Shown here piece after piece: positions 38,111-52,253 of a stretch of DNA of 64,000 nucleotides. Within the stretch, counting starts at the first letter, position 1; each line of letters starts with the position of its first letter. This DNA is from Eledone cirrhosa (taxonomy: Eukaryota), in NCBI GenBank assembly GCA_964016885.1, contig OZ024741.1, forward strand, positions 112,654,001 through 112,718,000. The letters run 5' to 3'. The notes beneath the pieces were generated by a model that was not told the DNA's origin, searched no databases, and saw only the letters and a list, made by a program, of their open reading frames with translations. Position numbers and translations under genes: made by a program.

Positions 38111-39439
38111 TTATATATGCATATGTATGTATATTTATATATGTTACCAGCCCTAGATTGGTTCGATATTTATCGAATCCAAGAGGATGAACGTAAAGTT
38201 AAACTTTGCCTGATTTGAGATTAGTGCTCAGTGATCTGGGAAAAATAGGAGATAGATATTTCTAGAATAGAATTTTGTGTGGTAAGATGTATTTACGTTT
38301 ATGAAAAAAAAAGTTGAATTATAGTTGTTGTCAATAAAACTATTCTGGAAGGGGTATGAAAGCTCCAGTGACTTTGGTCCCCCATACTGCTGTTTTCTGC
38401 TGCCAAATTACTTTCCATTATGTTTTTCCCTTTATTTTTTTAAAACAATGTAATAAGTTTATTATATTAAAAAGAAAATCTGATAAAAACTGTACAGAAT
38501 AAATGACAATAAGGAAACGAGGAAGAAAGAGAACCATAATAAAAATAAAAATAGTACACGGGTGTCATGCCTCAGGGAGAAACCCTATAATGTGGTATAG
38601 CTGATGCAGCAGATATCACTGTCTGTTCTCTGAAACAATTTTTTTGCCATCTTGTCTGCAGTGATCAGCTGAGATATATCCTAGAGTCAAGGGTGTAAAG
38701 TGTTTCCCCTCTCCATTTCCTTCCTCCTTTTTTTTTCTCCTTTTTCTTTCTTTTTCTTTTATTTCTCTTTTTGTCATTATGATATTGTAAACATTTTTTG
38801 AAAATTTGAAATGTCTATCCATTGTGTTTCAACAACAAAGAAAATATTTTGAAGCTCCCCGTCTCTTTCCTCTTAATATCTCGCCCACTCCCCATCTGTT
38901 TGTCTCTCCTATTCTGTCTCTCTTCATATTTATCTCTCAATTTCTCTTTGTTTATTAATATCTATAAATCTGTTTCTCATCCTGGTTGTATCTCTTTTTA
39001 GTCTATCTCTAATCTATCTTTGTCCAAGTTTATTTTATCTTTACTACTACTACTACTCTCTCTCTCTCTTTCCTTTCCATATTTAACTTCCTTCTCCCTA
39101 AAACCAAACAATATATTCCACACTTTATATTTTTATAGATTAAAGTACACACATATATATATATATATATATATGGTATATAATATTACCTTTTACAGAT
39201 AAGTCTGTATTGTTTGTTCTCATACATTGCTTTGCCATTCAAGAAGACACTACAACATAATTAGACCTTAGGTGAGGGATAAAAACTTTTAAAGTAGAAT
39301 TTCACAATTCACCTTCAAAAAATGTTTCCCCCTGCTATAATTAACTAATCATAATTGATTTTATTCTGCTTTATTGATTTTAATGGGAAGAAAGAACACA
39401 CACACACATATGTGCTTGTGTGTGTATAAATATGCATGC

Positions 39440-40063
<624 letters not shown>

Positions 40064-40876
40064 CTGAATATAATGCTAAATATTTAACAGAAATAACTAA
40101 ATAAAAATATATTTATTGATGATGATAATGATGTTTAATTCAATGAGATTCTTTTTTAGTATTGTTGCATTTTTGATATTTTTGTTTTTTTAACTATAAG
40201 TCAAAGCAAATTCATTAAATTGGTTATGGGCTTGTGGTAGCACTTTAATTTTAAGTTAGTCTGATTCACTTTGGATATTTGTATATAAATAATGGCATCT
40301 ATTGAAGGGGTTCTCTTCATAAATTAATGGTAGTTTATTGTTCTCTAGCTAGATATTAAGTTATCTTATGGAAATATTGTTTTTTGGGGTGATTGAACTT
40401 TTTCTGATAACTCACAAAATAACAATAGTCATGTAGATGTTAGTTATGAATATTTCATATATGTTGAGATCCTTTTCATCTCAAGAGAGGCCTATTTTCC
40501 TATAATGCATAGATACCTGAATATACCCATCTACATACACACATATCTTTTACTTAGGAAAATGTTCTACTCCTAACTACATCATCATCCTTATCCTATG
40601 CAAGTTTCTTTTTGCTGACTTGAGTTAGGCATGTCATTAGAGTCACAGTCAGTATTTAATTAGAGCTACTGTTATACTAGAGTGTTGTGTTTTGCCTATA
40701 TTCCAATTGGGTCATGGTTTGTACAGCTGGATGTCCTTATTGCCAACCATTTAACAGAATTTACATGGTGCATTTTATCATGATACCAGCACTAGAGTGG
40801 TTGTCATGTCTTTAGCTTAACTGAAGCATTCTCTCAACATTCAAATCTTTTTGTAATTCTGTTAGCCTGGTAGCAC

Positions 40877-40943
<67 letters not shown>

Positions 40944-41139
40944 GTGTGTGTGTATCTACAGTTATAGGCAGCATGCTGTTCAAAGCACTCAATGTCTTTC
41001 TTATGTGGGTTGTATTCCAGAGTTAAGGTGGCTGTAGTGTGCAGAGTGTAAATCAAATAAGTAGACCCAAAGTCAGTGTTGCAGCATATGTACAAACTTT
41101 ATTGGCATATTGCTTACCATCATTATTACTTCCCCCATT

Positions 41140-41302
41140 AGGGCGATGGATTTGCAGCAAATCGTTACGGCCCTTGCAATTCTGAGTTCAAATCCCACCG
41201 AGGTTAACTTTGCCTTTCATCTTTATGGGGTCAATAAAATAAAGCACAAGTAATGCACTGGGGTAATTGCTTGCCTTGTGCCAGAAGTAGAAACTATTAT
41301 TA
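41140..41302 (+). mobile_element. SINE family A copy
   Basis: gagttcaaatccc...gcctttcatc...gccttgtgcc. Confidence 0.85.
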
Positions 41303-42439
41303 CCTCCTCCATCCTATTTTCCCTCTCCATAATGTAGAGAGTGTTCTTCAGTTGAGTCAATGATTGACAACGTCTCCAGTGCTGGCTCTACAAGAAAACA
41401 AGCCTGGTACACAACATTATTGTTTATTTTGCGTAAAAGTGTTTATTAATTTAAACGGAGAATGTTCATTTTTGAGCTGAATATTATAAAAGAAATAGCC
41501 TGTTCTTATTCTGCTGGAAGAAAAGTGCAAGTCTAGATATAACAGACAATAATAATAATCACTATATATATATGTTCTTGTAGGATTAACATATTTAGAT
41601 TTGTATAGAATTTGCATTATATTTGTCTGTAGAATATATTAATACTTGTATGAATATGCATCAAAGTAATATACATAATATACATAAAAATAATGGTATT
41701 AATTTGTACAAGATAAGGATCTATCTTTACAATAGATGAAATATTGTGGTGAGAAAGTTAAAGATTGAACATATATGTCATCTCAGAAAATAGTACAAAC
41801 TACAGTGTTTGATAATGGAGTAAAATATGTTAACTCTGAGATTACACAATGTTGATCAGACAATAGGGAAGATAAATTAACACAAAAGTCTGAAGAAGGG
41901 GAAAATATAAATAAGTTTGCACACTTCATCTATATCCTATTTATTTTTTCTATTGATCAGCTTTAAAATGTGTACACAGTATCCCTGTGGCTTCTAAGAA
42001 GTGACCAAAAGGGTTGGTGTCAAGAAGGGCTTCTAGCTGTAAAGCATTGTAAAACATACTAAAAATATATCTCATAATGAATTTAAAGCCTGCTGTTAGG
42101 TCTGCAATGTGGTGGTGGTTTTAAACTGATTGACAGAGTACATCTACCACCCATGTAGGCCACTCTATGTTTCAAACTCAGAATGAAAAAATCTAGAAAG
42201 ATTATTGCAGTGCCTTCTAGCAATTCTGCCAACCTGTCAAATAGGAATGACAACTGGAACTAAGTTAGAATACTTCAAGTCAAATACATTAATTGCTGTT
42301 TAGATAGAAGTATTAGTTGTAATGATGGTCTTTGTCACCAAGGAAAGGGAAACAAGATCACCCACTGGAGGAGAAAAGCAGCAGGAGGACATCTAGGAGT
42401 CATGACCTAGGTTGGCCCTGGCTACCTTAGAGTGGTAGG

Positions 42440-43012
42440 AGGAGGAATCAAGGGCCAAAACTCTTTCTTGCTGGAAGTTCTTCCTCTGAAGATTCCTGGT
42501 GTCTGCACACTCTGTTGCAACTTTCTACCTATTATCAACCCTGAATCATGGAAGATGGCATGGTCTTTCTTCTAACAGTATCAATCATGTGTAATCTCAT
42601 TAAGTATGCGATGAATCGTCTTTGGCTTAGAACTATTTTGCATATGTTCAAGACATGTTCCACTATTTGTTTGTGCTGGCTTAGTGGGCATGCAAGATAA
42701 TCTGATTCATCCCATTTCACCACAAGGTTTGCATTCAGGTATCTAGATCTAAAGAGGATGCTGATCTTAAGAAGGAGCCATATGCTACATGTTATTTCAG
42801 CCAAGACTTCTTTAGAGAGCACATTTTCACTTATTCATTTCCCCAGCTGACTCTGGTGTATTGCATTCAGGATTTGTTTTGGTATTCTCCTCTTATTCTA
42901 TCTCCTGTTTCTCTTTGTTTTCCATTTCGTCTTTGACTAATATTCCATCCTGTTGTGCACACTCCGTCCCCACTTGCTTTTCTGTGTGTCCTGTTGATTC
43001 CTTTTGTATAAT
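42440..43012 (-). mobile_element. HERO-like (RLE-type) non-LTR retrotransposon fragment
   Basis: Minus strand KISIL.RS..NANLVVKW...ACPLSQHKQIVEHVLNICKIVLSQRRF resembles the CCHC knuckle region (NANLVRW..CPLC..QT.EHVLS.C..ALSQGRY) of HERO-type elements as I recall it. Confidence 0.6.
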
Positions 43013-43349
43013 GTCATATATATATATATATATATATATCAGTATGAGGGTTTTAAGCCATGATCATGACGCAATATATGTGACACAATCATCACTTAAA
43101 ACCCTCATAGTTTCTTATAAATAAACATATCATATATGCCTTCATATACACACCTATTATAAATCACGCTATGTTAGTGTTACTGCTAATGCTTTTACTT
43201 TATTCTAATATCTAAGAAAAGATATCATGTATGTGTTATTATGATTAATAAGAATAAAACAGCCATAGATAATTTATAAACTGATGGCCTTTTGTTTTCA
43301 AATTCTGCTATGGATTAAACAAGTCTGTTCAATCACAACTCTTAAATTA

Positions 43350-43820
43350 ATTGTAGATTATGTGTGATTAAGAATGATAATTAATTGTAGATTTTGTGTG
43401 TATAACTATAAAGATTTGTACATTTTGTGAGTGTGCACATGTGTATATGCATACATACCTAAAGATTTGTAGATTGTGTGTGTGTACAACTGTAAAATCG
43501 TGTGGCTTATGTGTGTGTGTAATCAAAGCTTTGTAGATTTTCTGTGTATGTCTGTGTATATATAATTGCAGATATGTGTAGAGTTTGTGTGTGTGGGGGT
43601 ATAACTGTAAAGAAGTGTGGATTATGTGTTTGCGTGTGTAACAATACAAATGTGTAGATTTTGCATGTGTGTATGCGTAACTGTAAAAAATTTGTAGATT
43701 TTATGTGTGTAACTATAAAGATTCGAGAATTTTTTCTATGCAACTATAAAAATTTGAGTGTGTGCATATGTAGCTATAAAGATTTTCTCATTTTGTGTTA
43801 GTGTAACTATAGAGACTTTT
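43350..43820. repeat. Degenerate minisatellite (about 30-35-bp unit tgtagattttgtgtgtataactataaagatt)
   Basis: More than 10 imperfect units visible. Confidence 0.8.
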
Positions 43821-44069
43821 GTAATTGGTTGTTCTTTGAAATACCTAAAACAGGATACAGTTTCAAATCATTCATTCTTTCTTTTATTTTTTACTGGTTT
43901 AAGTCATTAGACTGTGGCCATGCTGGGGTACCATGTTGAAAGGATTTAATCCCAGTAAGTATTGTTTCATCCCAGGTACATATTTTTTCAATCTGAACTG
44001 CATAATGTGGGACTTAAAGAAACAGTAGTCCAATAGACATAAACACAGATACATATCTTCCCACCCACT

Positions 44070-44106
<37 letters not shown>

Positions 44107-44109
44107 CAC

Positions 44110-44672
44110 AGTAGACAGCTTCTGCTACTTAGGTGACTGAATTAGCAGCGGAGGTAGGTGTTCGGAAAGCACAATAACTAGGGTAAGAACGGGATGGAAG
44201 AAGTTCAGGGAGCTACTGCCACTGCTAGTTAAAAAAGGCTTTCCCCTCAAAATGTAAGGCAGACTGTATGATATGCGCATACGAACAACAATGTTACATG
44301 GTAGTGAGACCTGGGCGCTGTCTGATGAAGACTTGCGTAGATTAGACAGAAACGAAGCCTGCATGCTCCGATGGATGTGTAATAGTAATATACGCGAACG
44401 GCAAAGCATAAGAGGAATCAAATGCTGTGTGCAGGAGAGGCAGTTGCATTGGTGTGGACATGTGATGCAGAGCACTAGAAGTCAATGTAAACCGCGGAGT
44501 GAGGAGACCCAAGAAGACCTGGGATGAGGTGATAAAAGCTGGCCGTACTCAATTACACCTCTCAAAGGCGATGATACATGACCATGACCTCTGGCATCAT
44601 GCAGTAATACAGAAGACCCCCCTCCCCCATGGGTACAAGCCAAAGCTGAAGCATATAGACAATATGCCCCCA
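44110..44672 (+). mobile_element. RTE LINE fragment (RT C-terminus, start of UTR type B), internally deleted
   Basis: VDSFCYLG...MLHGSETW...RRPKKTWDE. Confidence 0.9.
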
Positions 44673-45904
44673 CACACATATATGACATATATGTGTGAAT
44701 TTCGTACATTTAAAGATATACAGTATGTTTAATAAATATACTGTATGTTTAATAAATAAACATTTTGAAAGGCTCAGCTATGAATAGAAGGCTGATGGTC
44801 AGCGGCGTCTAGCAGAATCCAGCAGAAGCAAGGGGGATAATTTTCTATACATTTTGAACTTAAATAGTACTCATCAGGACAATGCTTCCCTCTGCCTACT
44901 ACTGGACTTTGAGACAGGCGAAAATATATAGTTTTTGCCTGCGTAAATGGGCTGATTAGCCTCATTTGCATACAAAGCTGTAAAAATTGGTTTAACTTAA
45001 AATAGAATTAGAATTTAGCTTCGACATCGCTGTATACATATATGTATGTGAATTTGTGCTCATGACAAAACTGAAGGCTCCACTCAGCAATTTGACAACT
45101 TTGCTGCAGCTGGAGACCCTTCCTAATGCCCACCAATTAGTTGACCATGAAGGGATTTATATTCCGAATGCAGAGAGCACTGGAACAAATGCCGAGGTAT
45201 TTAATCTACAACTCTTCTGGATTATTTAAAAAATTATTTGAAAACCATAGATAGTGTATTTCATTTAGAAATATAGGCACTAAAGCAATAAAAGATTTGT
45301 TACAAAAAGGAAATAAAGATTCTGCAGTAATAAAATACTTCTAGAAAATTCTAATGAATATTTACCAACTACCAAAAATAACATTGTAAACATTTACCAT
45401 ATAATATAAAATGGATGATGGAAGATAAACAATATTTATAAACGAAATAAACACTCAGATAATAACAATAAAAAGTTGCTTTGTAATTTAATTTGAAATG
45501 CCATATTATCAGCAAATTAAACCATCTTTATATAAATGATGAATCTTATTGCTGCAGTTCAAATTGTTTGTAAAATTAATGTCAAATCACACACTGAATA
45601 AACATCAAAAGCAATTAGAATAGTTGATTTGAATATACAGTATATACATATAAAATAAAAATGCCTTTACTCTACATATTGAGTACCCTTTTAAACTGTA
45701 GTCACCACCTGATACCCATTGGGAATCCACTTTTAATTATATATATATATATTTATATATTGAAGAGTTAAACAAGATTCAATGATTACATCAAGGAATG
45801 AGTTTTACAGTAGATTGGAAGCACTCTACAGGAAAATATTTTCCAGAGTTATTAATATTAAAATTAAAATATTAATAAAATAGATGTTCTTGTGATCAAT
45901 TAAC

Positions 45905-45968
45905 TTTTATTAAACATATTTCAGAGGTACTTGAATCAGGTTCAACAGTACGTCCTCATCAGATAAAA
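45905..45968 (-). ncRNA. Hammerhead motif (stem III mutated)
   Basis: Reverse copy of 47631-47698 with GAAATATGTTTA. Confidence 0.6.
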
Positions 45969-47630
45969 TAAAATGATACATGACATACCCTGAGATGTTA
46001 GATGGTTAAGATTTAATCAAGGTAGTGATTAACTTATGAGAAAACTCAACATTTAAACCCTAATAATGAGAACATGCGAAAATGTAATAGAATCAATAGG
46101 TATGAGTAAGAAAAACATTGCTTTAATGTAACAGTTATAGAGTTTTTAAAATCTGGGATACTACAAATTAGGATTATAGAGGAAGACGTCTCTGGAGATA
46201 TAATTTTATTAAAGTTATTGTCTTGAGAAAGCAACTGATAGATAATTAAAGAGAGGGAGAGATAAAGGGGAGTAATTTATGAAAAAATGTTCACATATAG
46301 ACTTAGCGGTTAAATTTCAAAATATTTAATTCATGTTATTTTAGGGTAAAGAATCAAAATTTTAGGTTTTAAAAGTTGATGGTTATTTATATTAATTTTA
46401 TAAATTTTATAAATGTGTTACATTTCTAAAATTCTAAGTTTTATGAAAACAAATATAAAGGATTTACTAGGCCCGTGAAAGAAAAATATATACTGTTCAA
46501 TATTCACATAAAGGTAATCTTTAACAAAATTACTTGTAACAGTGTCAACATTTTCGGTATGTATAATTTATGAAGTACTTACTGTTACAAATATTAAGGA
46601 ATTTATTGTCAAGTAGATACATTGTCTAAAGTATAATAATTAACGCAGAGTTTTCAGCTATATATATATACATGTGTGCATTTATCGTAATAAATTATTA
46701 TTTATTATATTATATTAAAACACTATATTAGTTCTACCTTCGAGGGAAGAATGGACTCTAAATAATGATTATGTTATTGTACAATATATATATATTTGCA
46801 CAAACTATATATAGCGTTATACCGAAACAATAATTATGATTAAGTTATTATACATTATAAACATAGATGGAAAAAACTAAATGCAGAGATATACCTAACT
46901 ATTAATATGATTATGTTATTATACAATATAAACAAATTTGCAAAAACTACATATAGAGAGATATACTAAGTATTAATGAGACAGTGTACTTTTGGTAAAT
47001 GATAACGGTTATAATCTTAGATAATAGATTCAAACATGCATAACTTAAATACATACATACATATATATAAAAAAATGTAAACGCATGAATGATCAACAGT
47101 TCAAAATAATGTCCGTAAAAATTTACAGGTTGGATATTTAAACTATATTTAAAACAGAGATAGAAAAATAAAGATAGAGAGATAAATGTATGGATCAAAG
47201 GTAATAATAGTAATAATATCCCAAAAACCATATGTTATGTATATCAACGTACCAGCATGTTATTAAACAAATGTCATAAAATAACATTTTGAAATTTAAC
47301 CGCTAAGTCTATATGTGAAAATGTTTGCATAAATTACTCCCCTTTATCTCTCCCTCTCTTTAATTATCTATCAGTTGCTTTCTCAAGCCAATAACTTTAA
47401 TAAAATGATAACTCCAGAGACGTCTTCCTCTATAATCCTAATGTAGTATCCCAGATATTAAAAACTCTATAACTGTTACATTAAAGCAATGTTTTTCTTA
47501 CTCATACCTTCTCTATTGATTCTATTACGTTTTCGCATGTTCTCATTATTAGGGTATAAATGTTGAGTTTTCTCACTACCTTGATTAAATCTTAACCATC
47601 TAACATCTCAGGGTATGTCATGTATTATTT

Positions 47631-47698
47631 TATTTTATCTGATGAGGACGTACTGTTGAACCTGATTCAAGTACCTCTGAAATATGTATAATAAAATA
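47631..47698 (+). ncRNA. Type I hammerhead ribozyme
   Basis: Stem I tattttat/ataaaata; CTGATGA; stem II gga.gtac..ttgaa/ttcaa.gtac.tct; GAAATATGTATA; AUA site at 47690. Confidence 0.8.
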
Positions 47699-47853
47699 TA
47701 ATTGATCACAAGAACATCTATTTTATTAATATTTGAATTTATATATATATATATATAAATGAAGTAATTCCGTCGGAAAAGTCCAGGAAAAAAGAGTGCT
47801 CTATGTAGGTAACAGAGCTTAATAGTTATGTAATAAACAACATAACGCAATTA

Positions 47854-47913
47854 TTCCATTTACCAGTGGTTTCTTAAAAGCAAAAAATTTTGCTTTCAAT
47901 CATCAGAATGAAA
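47854..47913 (-). ncRNA. Type I hammerhead ribozyme (minus-strand arm)
   Basis: Reverse-complement copy of 47992-48051 with all core nucleotides intact. Confidence 0.82.
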
Positions 47914-47991
47914 AAATCCTGGTCTGTTTATTGAATTTGGATTTTAAAAACAGATTTTAAAATCCAAATTCAATAAACAGACCAGGATTTT

Positions 47992-48051
47992 TTTCATTCT
48001 GATGATTGAAAGCAAATTTTTTTGCTTTTAAGAAACCACTGGTAAATGGAA
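47992..48051 (+). ncRNA. Type I hammerhead ribozyme (plus-strand arm)
   Basis: tttcatt-CTGATGA-ttgaaagcaaa/tttgcttttaa-GAAACC-act-GGTA-aatggaa; 7-bp stem I, 11-bp stem II, GUA site at 48044. Confidence 0.85.
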
Positions 48052-48076
48052 TAATTGCCTTATGTTGTTTATCACA

Positions 48077-48112
<36 letters not shown>

Positions 48113-48115
<3 letters not shown>

Positions 48116-48454
48116 TCATTCATCATCATTATTTTACGTCCGCTTTTCCCTGCTTGCAAGGGTAGGACGGGAACTGATTCTGGCTCGATTTCTACAGCTG
48201 GATGCCCTTCCTAACACCAACCTCATTTACAGAGAGTGCTGGGTGCTTTTTTGCCATGGCACCTCCACAACCACTTTGCAGTGGAATGATAGGGACCCCA
48301 GTCCCTATCATCTCATTTCTACAGCTGAGTAAATTGGAGCAATGTGAAATACAGTGTCTTGCTCAAGGAAACAACACATCACCTGGTCTGATAATTGAAC
48401 TCACAACCTTTCAATTGCAAGGCCAATGCTCTAACCACTAAGCCATGTGCTTCC
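48113..48454 (-). mobile_element. SINE family B copy
   Basis: Near-identical to 35441-35772. Confidence 0.9.
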
Positions 48455-48466
48455 AATTATATATAT

Positions 48467-48701
<235 letters not shown>

Positions 48702-48813
48702 TGCTACTGTACGTCTGTATACATATATGTATGTACGTATACACACATACTTACATTTAAGTAAGTGCCGTACTAAGAGTGAGAAATGAAATTTCGTTTT
48801 CCTTTTATTTCAA

Positions 48814-48854
<41 letters not shown>

Positions 48855-49267
48855 AGAATGCTGTTGAAGTGTGTATATATTTTTTAGGGACATCCGGTAT
48901 ATACATATTGAGTGTCTGTGGTATGGAGACTGAGAAGACCACAAATCAGAGTAGTACTCAATACAGAGCAGGTATATTAGTGAGGTAGAGGACTGACCAC
49001 AATCTCTACTTCACCAATGTGTGAGTGAGTGTTTGTAGACACATCCAACCAACTTGCAAAAATCCAATTGTCATCAAATAAAGAGAACTGGAATTGGTGT
49101 TTTGAAAGTATGGAACATCAGTAAAGATAATATTAAATGTCAAAGTAAATATCAATGTGAAAAGATCTCTTATGTACTTATGTGACAGAGAATAGTGACA
49201 TGTCAAGTAGATATCTCTCCTCTTAATGAATAGTCTAGAGAAAAAAATGTTCAAATATATAAATTGC

Positions 49268-49664
49268 TCTCTCTCTCACATGCACACACATTTTCTCTCC
49301 TCCCCTCCTCTCACACACACACATTTTCTCTCCCTCTCTCACACATTTTCTCTCCCCCTCTCACACATTTCTCTCCCCCTCTCACACACACACTATCTCT
49401 CTCCCTTTCCCACATTTTCTCTCCCGCTCACACACACACACACATTTTCTTTCTCTCTCACTCACAATATCTTTTCCCAACTTCCTCCCTTTCCATTAGG
49501 AATAAACAAGCTAAATCGTTTTTCTGACTCATACCTACACACATTAGTCACATACAAACACACATATTTCTCTTTCTCTCACACATACACATAGCTCTTC
49601 TCTCTCTTTCTCTATCCATCTTTCTATCTCTCACACACAAACACACACATTATTCTTTCTCACC

Positions 49665-49749
<85 letters not shown>

Positions 49750-49750
49750 G
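49268..49750. repeat. CT/CA-rich low-complexity minisatellite and (CT)n tract
   Basis: Repeated ctctcacacacattttct units followed by (CT)n. Confidence 0.85.
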
Positions 49751-51564
49751 ATATACAAGCACATGCTTGCTTTCTCTTTATTACAAATCACAAACCTTCT
49801 ACACGATGGGCTTCTACAGAGTTTCTGTCTACTAAATTTCATTAGCATGGCATTGGTCAACCAGCAACTTGTGTCCGGGGTGCCACACAATAGGACTGAA
49901 CCTGAAGCCATTGTAAAGTGAACTGCTTAACTACAAATCAATATTATCTTATGTTCTGTATATTTATAGATGTTATTATGCTATATTTCTAGTTAGCAAG
50001 AGAACAAAAGATATTTGAAATACATGTGTATTTGAGGGGTAGCATATCAGCATTTCTCTTATTTGTTTCATGTAGACATTAAAATATCATAATTACAGTC
50101 TATTTGATTAAAAATAAAATAAGATTTATTTTTCAAATGTTCAATCTGATTAATGTTATTATTATGTTAAAATACTTAAGCCACTTGAAGCTGCTCCAGG
50201 TTCTGTCAAACAAAACTGCTTGTTTTAAAGTGCTTATATTTATCTAAATATTTTATGTCATTATTTTATGTAAGAACTTTTATGTTCCAAACACTAGCCT
50301 AACCCTGTTAATACCAAACACCCTTAAACTAATCTTGGCTCTATGATACAAAACTGTTTATTTTAAAGTGCTTATGTTTATCTAAAACGTTCTCTCTGTA
50401 TTTTATGTAAGATACCAGCTTAATAATAAGTTAGTTATAATCTGAAATTCCATAAAATTCTTGATTATTTTCAAAATGATTTGAAAATCCTAGGCAGTGT
50501 CTTTCATTAGAAATATGGTTATGGAACGGTAAAAGGGAAATTCCAGATTGAGAGGGGGATGAAAGCATCTTTTACATATCTGAACTATTTCTGATAATTA
50601 AATAGACTAAGATGAGATTTATATTTATATCATATCAATTCTGTTTCAATTACTTTGGTCTTCAAGAACCCCATTCTGACAAATATTTTATGGATTTAGG
50701 GGTAAATACAAGATGTTTATGGATTTAGGGGTAAATACAAGATGTTTATTTTTATGATTCAGCATGCTCTACTGCATGTTTAATTAATACAATTTTATAA
50801 TGGAATGCTTTTTCTAACATCAATAAGTAGTAAAGTAATAGGCTGTCCTGCAGAACTAAAGACCTATTGAATGCAAGGTGTAGAAGTTAATTAATCTGTC
50901 AGCAATCGCAACTAGCTTTTACCTTGCAAATAGTAGACAGTATGAAGCCTCTATAAAAGGTAGAGTGCTGCATGGTGGTGGGGCATGGGTACTAAATATG
51001 GAAGATCTGGATAAATTATACAAGGATGTTCAATGATAAACCTGTATGAAAGACAGGAGTGAAAACATGTAAGACTGTGTCTAGCATTAATCTTTTGTTA
51101 CTATATTTCTAATGAAAGGCATTGCCTCTGATTTTGAAAATCATCAATAATTTAGAAAGATTAAATAAAATGTCTTATTATTAAGCTTTAGTTTGACATA
51201 TAACTTAACAATAGTTATATGTCAAACTAAAGCTTATCATAGAAGGATCTTAGATAAATATAAACGTTTTATAGTAAACAGTAAAATGTTTGGATCCGTT
51301 TGGAGTAGAAATCCAGTGTTTTCTGTCTAGGGAAGGAACGCATGAGAAATATAGTGATATACTATACAGCAGACCAGTGAATGGGGTTAAGCTTCTTGCT
51401 TAAGTTCACAAACATATGCTTAATGCTTATAGGTGTAGACATGGCTTTGTGGCTAGGGTGTTTGCCTTGCACCCATGTATATTAAGCAAACATTGTTTGA
51501 TGCTTTGTGTTAACCTATACTTTGTGAATGTAATTTGGTAAATAGAAATGAATATATATATATA

Positions 51565-51656
<92 letters not shown>

Positions 51657-51761
51657 TATATATATGCACATATATATATGTTTATATGTATATGTTTATA
51701 TGTGTATGTGTGTATGTGTATATATGTAAATGTATATATGTTTATGTATATATATATATAT

Positions 51762-52253
51762 ATCATCATCATCATCATCATCACCGTTTTACGTCCGTCC
51801 TTCCATGCTAGCATGGGTTAGGCGGGTTGTCCTGTTGTGCGCAGTGTCTGGTCAGCTGACCATGCCTTGCTCATACGGGAACTGATTTTGGCTTGATTTC
51901 TACAGCTGGATGCCCTTCCTAACACCAACCTCATTTACAGTGAGTGCTGGGTGCTTTTTTCCGTGGCGCCTACACGTCCACTTTACAGTGTGGGCTGGGT
52001 GCTTTTTTGCTGTGGCACCTCCATGACCACTTTGCAGTGGGAGGGTGTGGAGGCATATTGTCTATATGCTTCAGCTTTGGCTTGTACCCGTGGGAGGTCG
52101 GGTACTCTGTATTACTGCGTGACGCCAGAGGTCACGGTCATGTGTCATTGCCTTTGAGAGGTATAATTGGGTAAGGTCGGCTTTTATCACCTCATGCCAG
52201 GTCTTCTTGGGTCTCCCCACTCCGCGGTTTCTATTGACTTCTAGTGCTCTGCA
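51762..52253 (-). mobile_element. RTE LINE 3' fragment (UTR type B)
   Basis: CRALEV..GVGRPKKTW on - strand; (ATC)n tail. Confidence 0.92.

Larger units (their letters stand above)
45860..47740. mobile_element. ORF-less element with about 460-bp inverted repeats, each carrying an HHR (inverted pLTR structure)
   Basis: 45860-46324 is the reverse complement of 47286-47740; about 960-bp AT-rich spacer. Confidence 0.85.
47822..48083. repeat. 262-bp fold-back palindrome with back-to-back hammerheads
   Basis: Arms 47822-47949 and 47955-48083, loop acaga, about 4 differences. Confidence 0.93.

Noticed and set aside
44835-44885. Minus-strand CTGATGAG...GAAAA hammerhead candidate
   Set aside because: No stem I pairing and no convincing stem III or cleavage triplet
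50686-50748. TTTAGGGG telomere-like motif
   Set aside because: Just a 29-bp local tandem duplication, not a telomeric array
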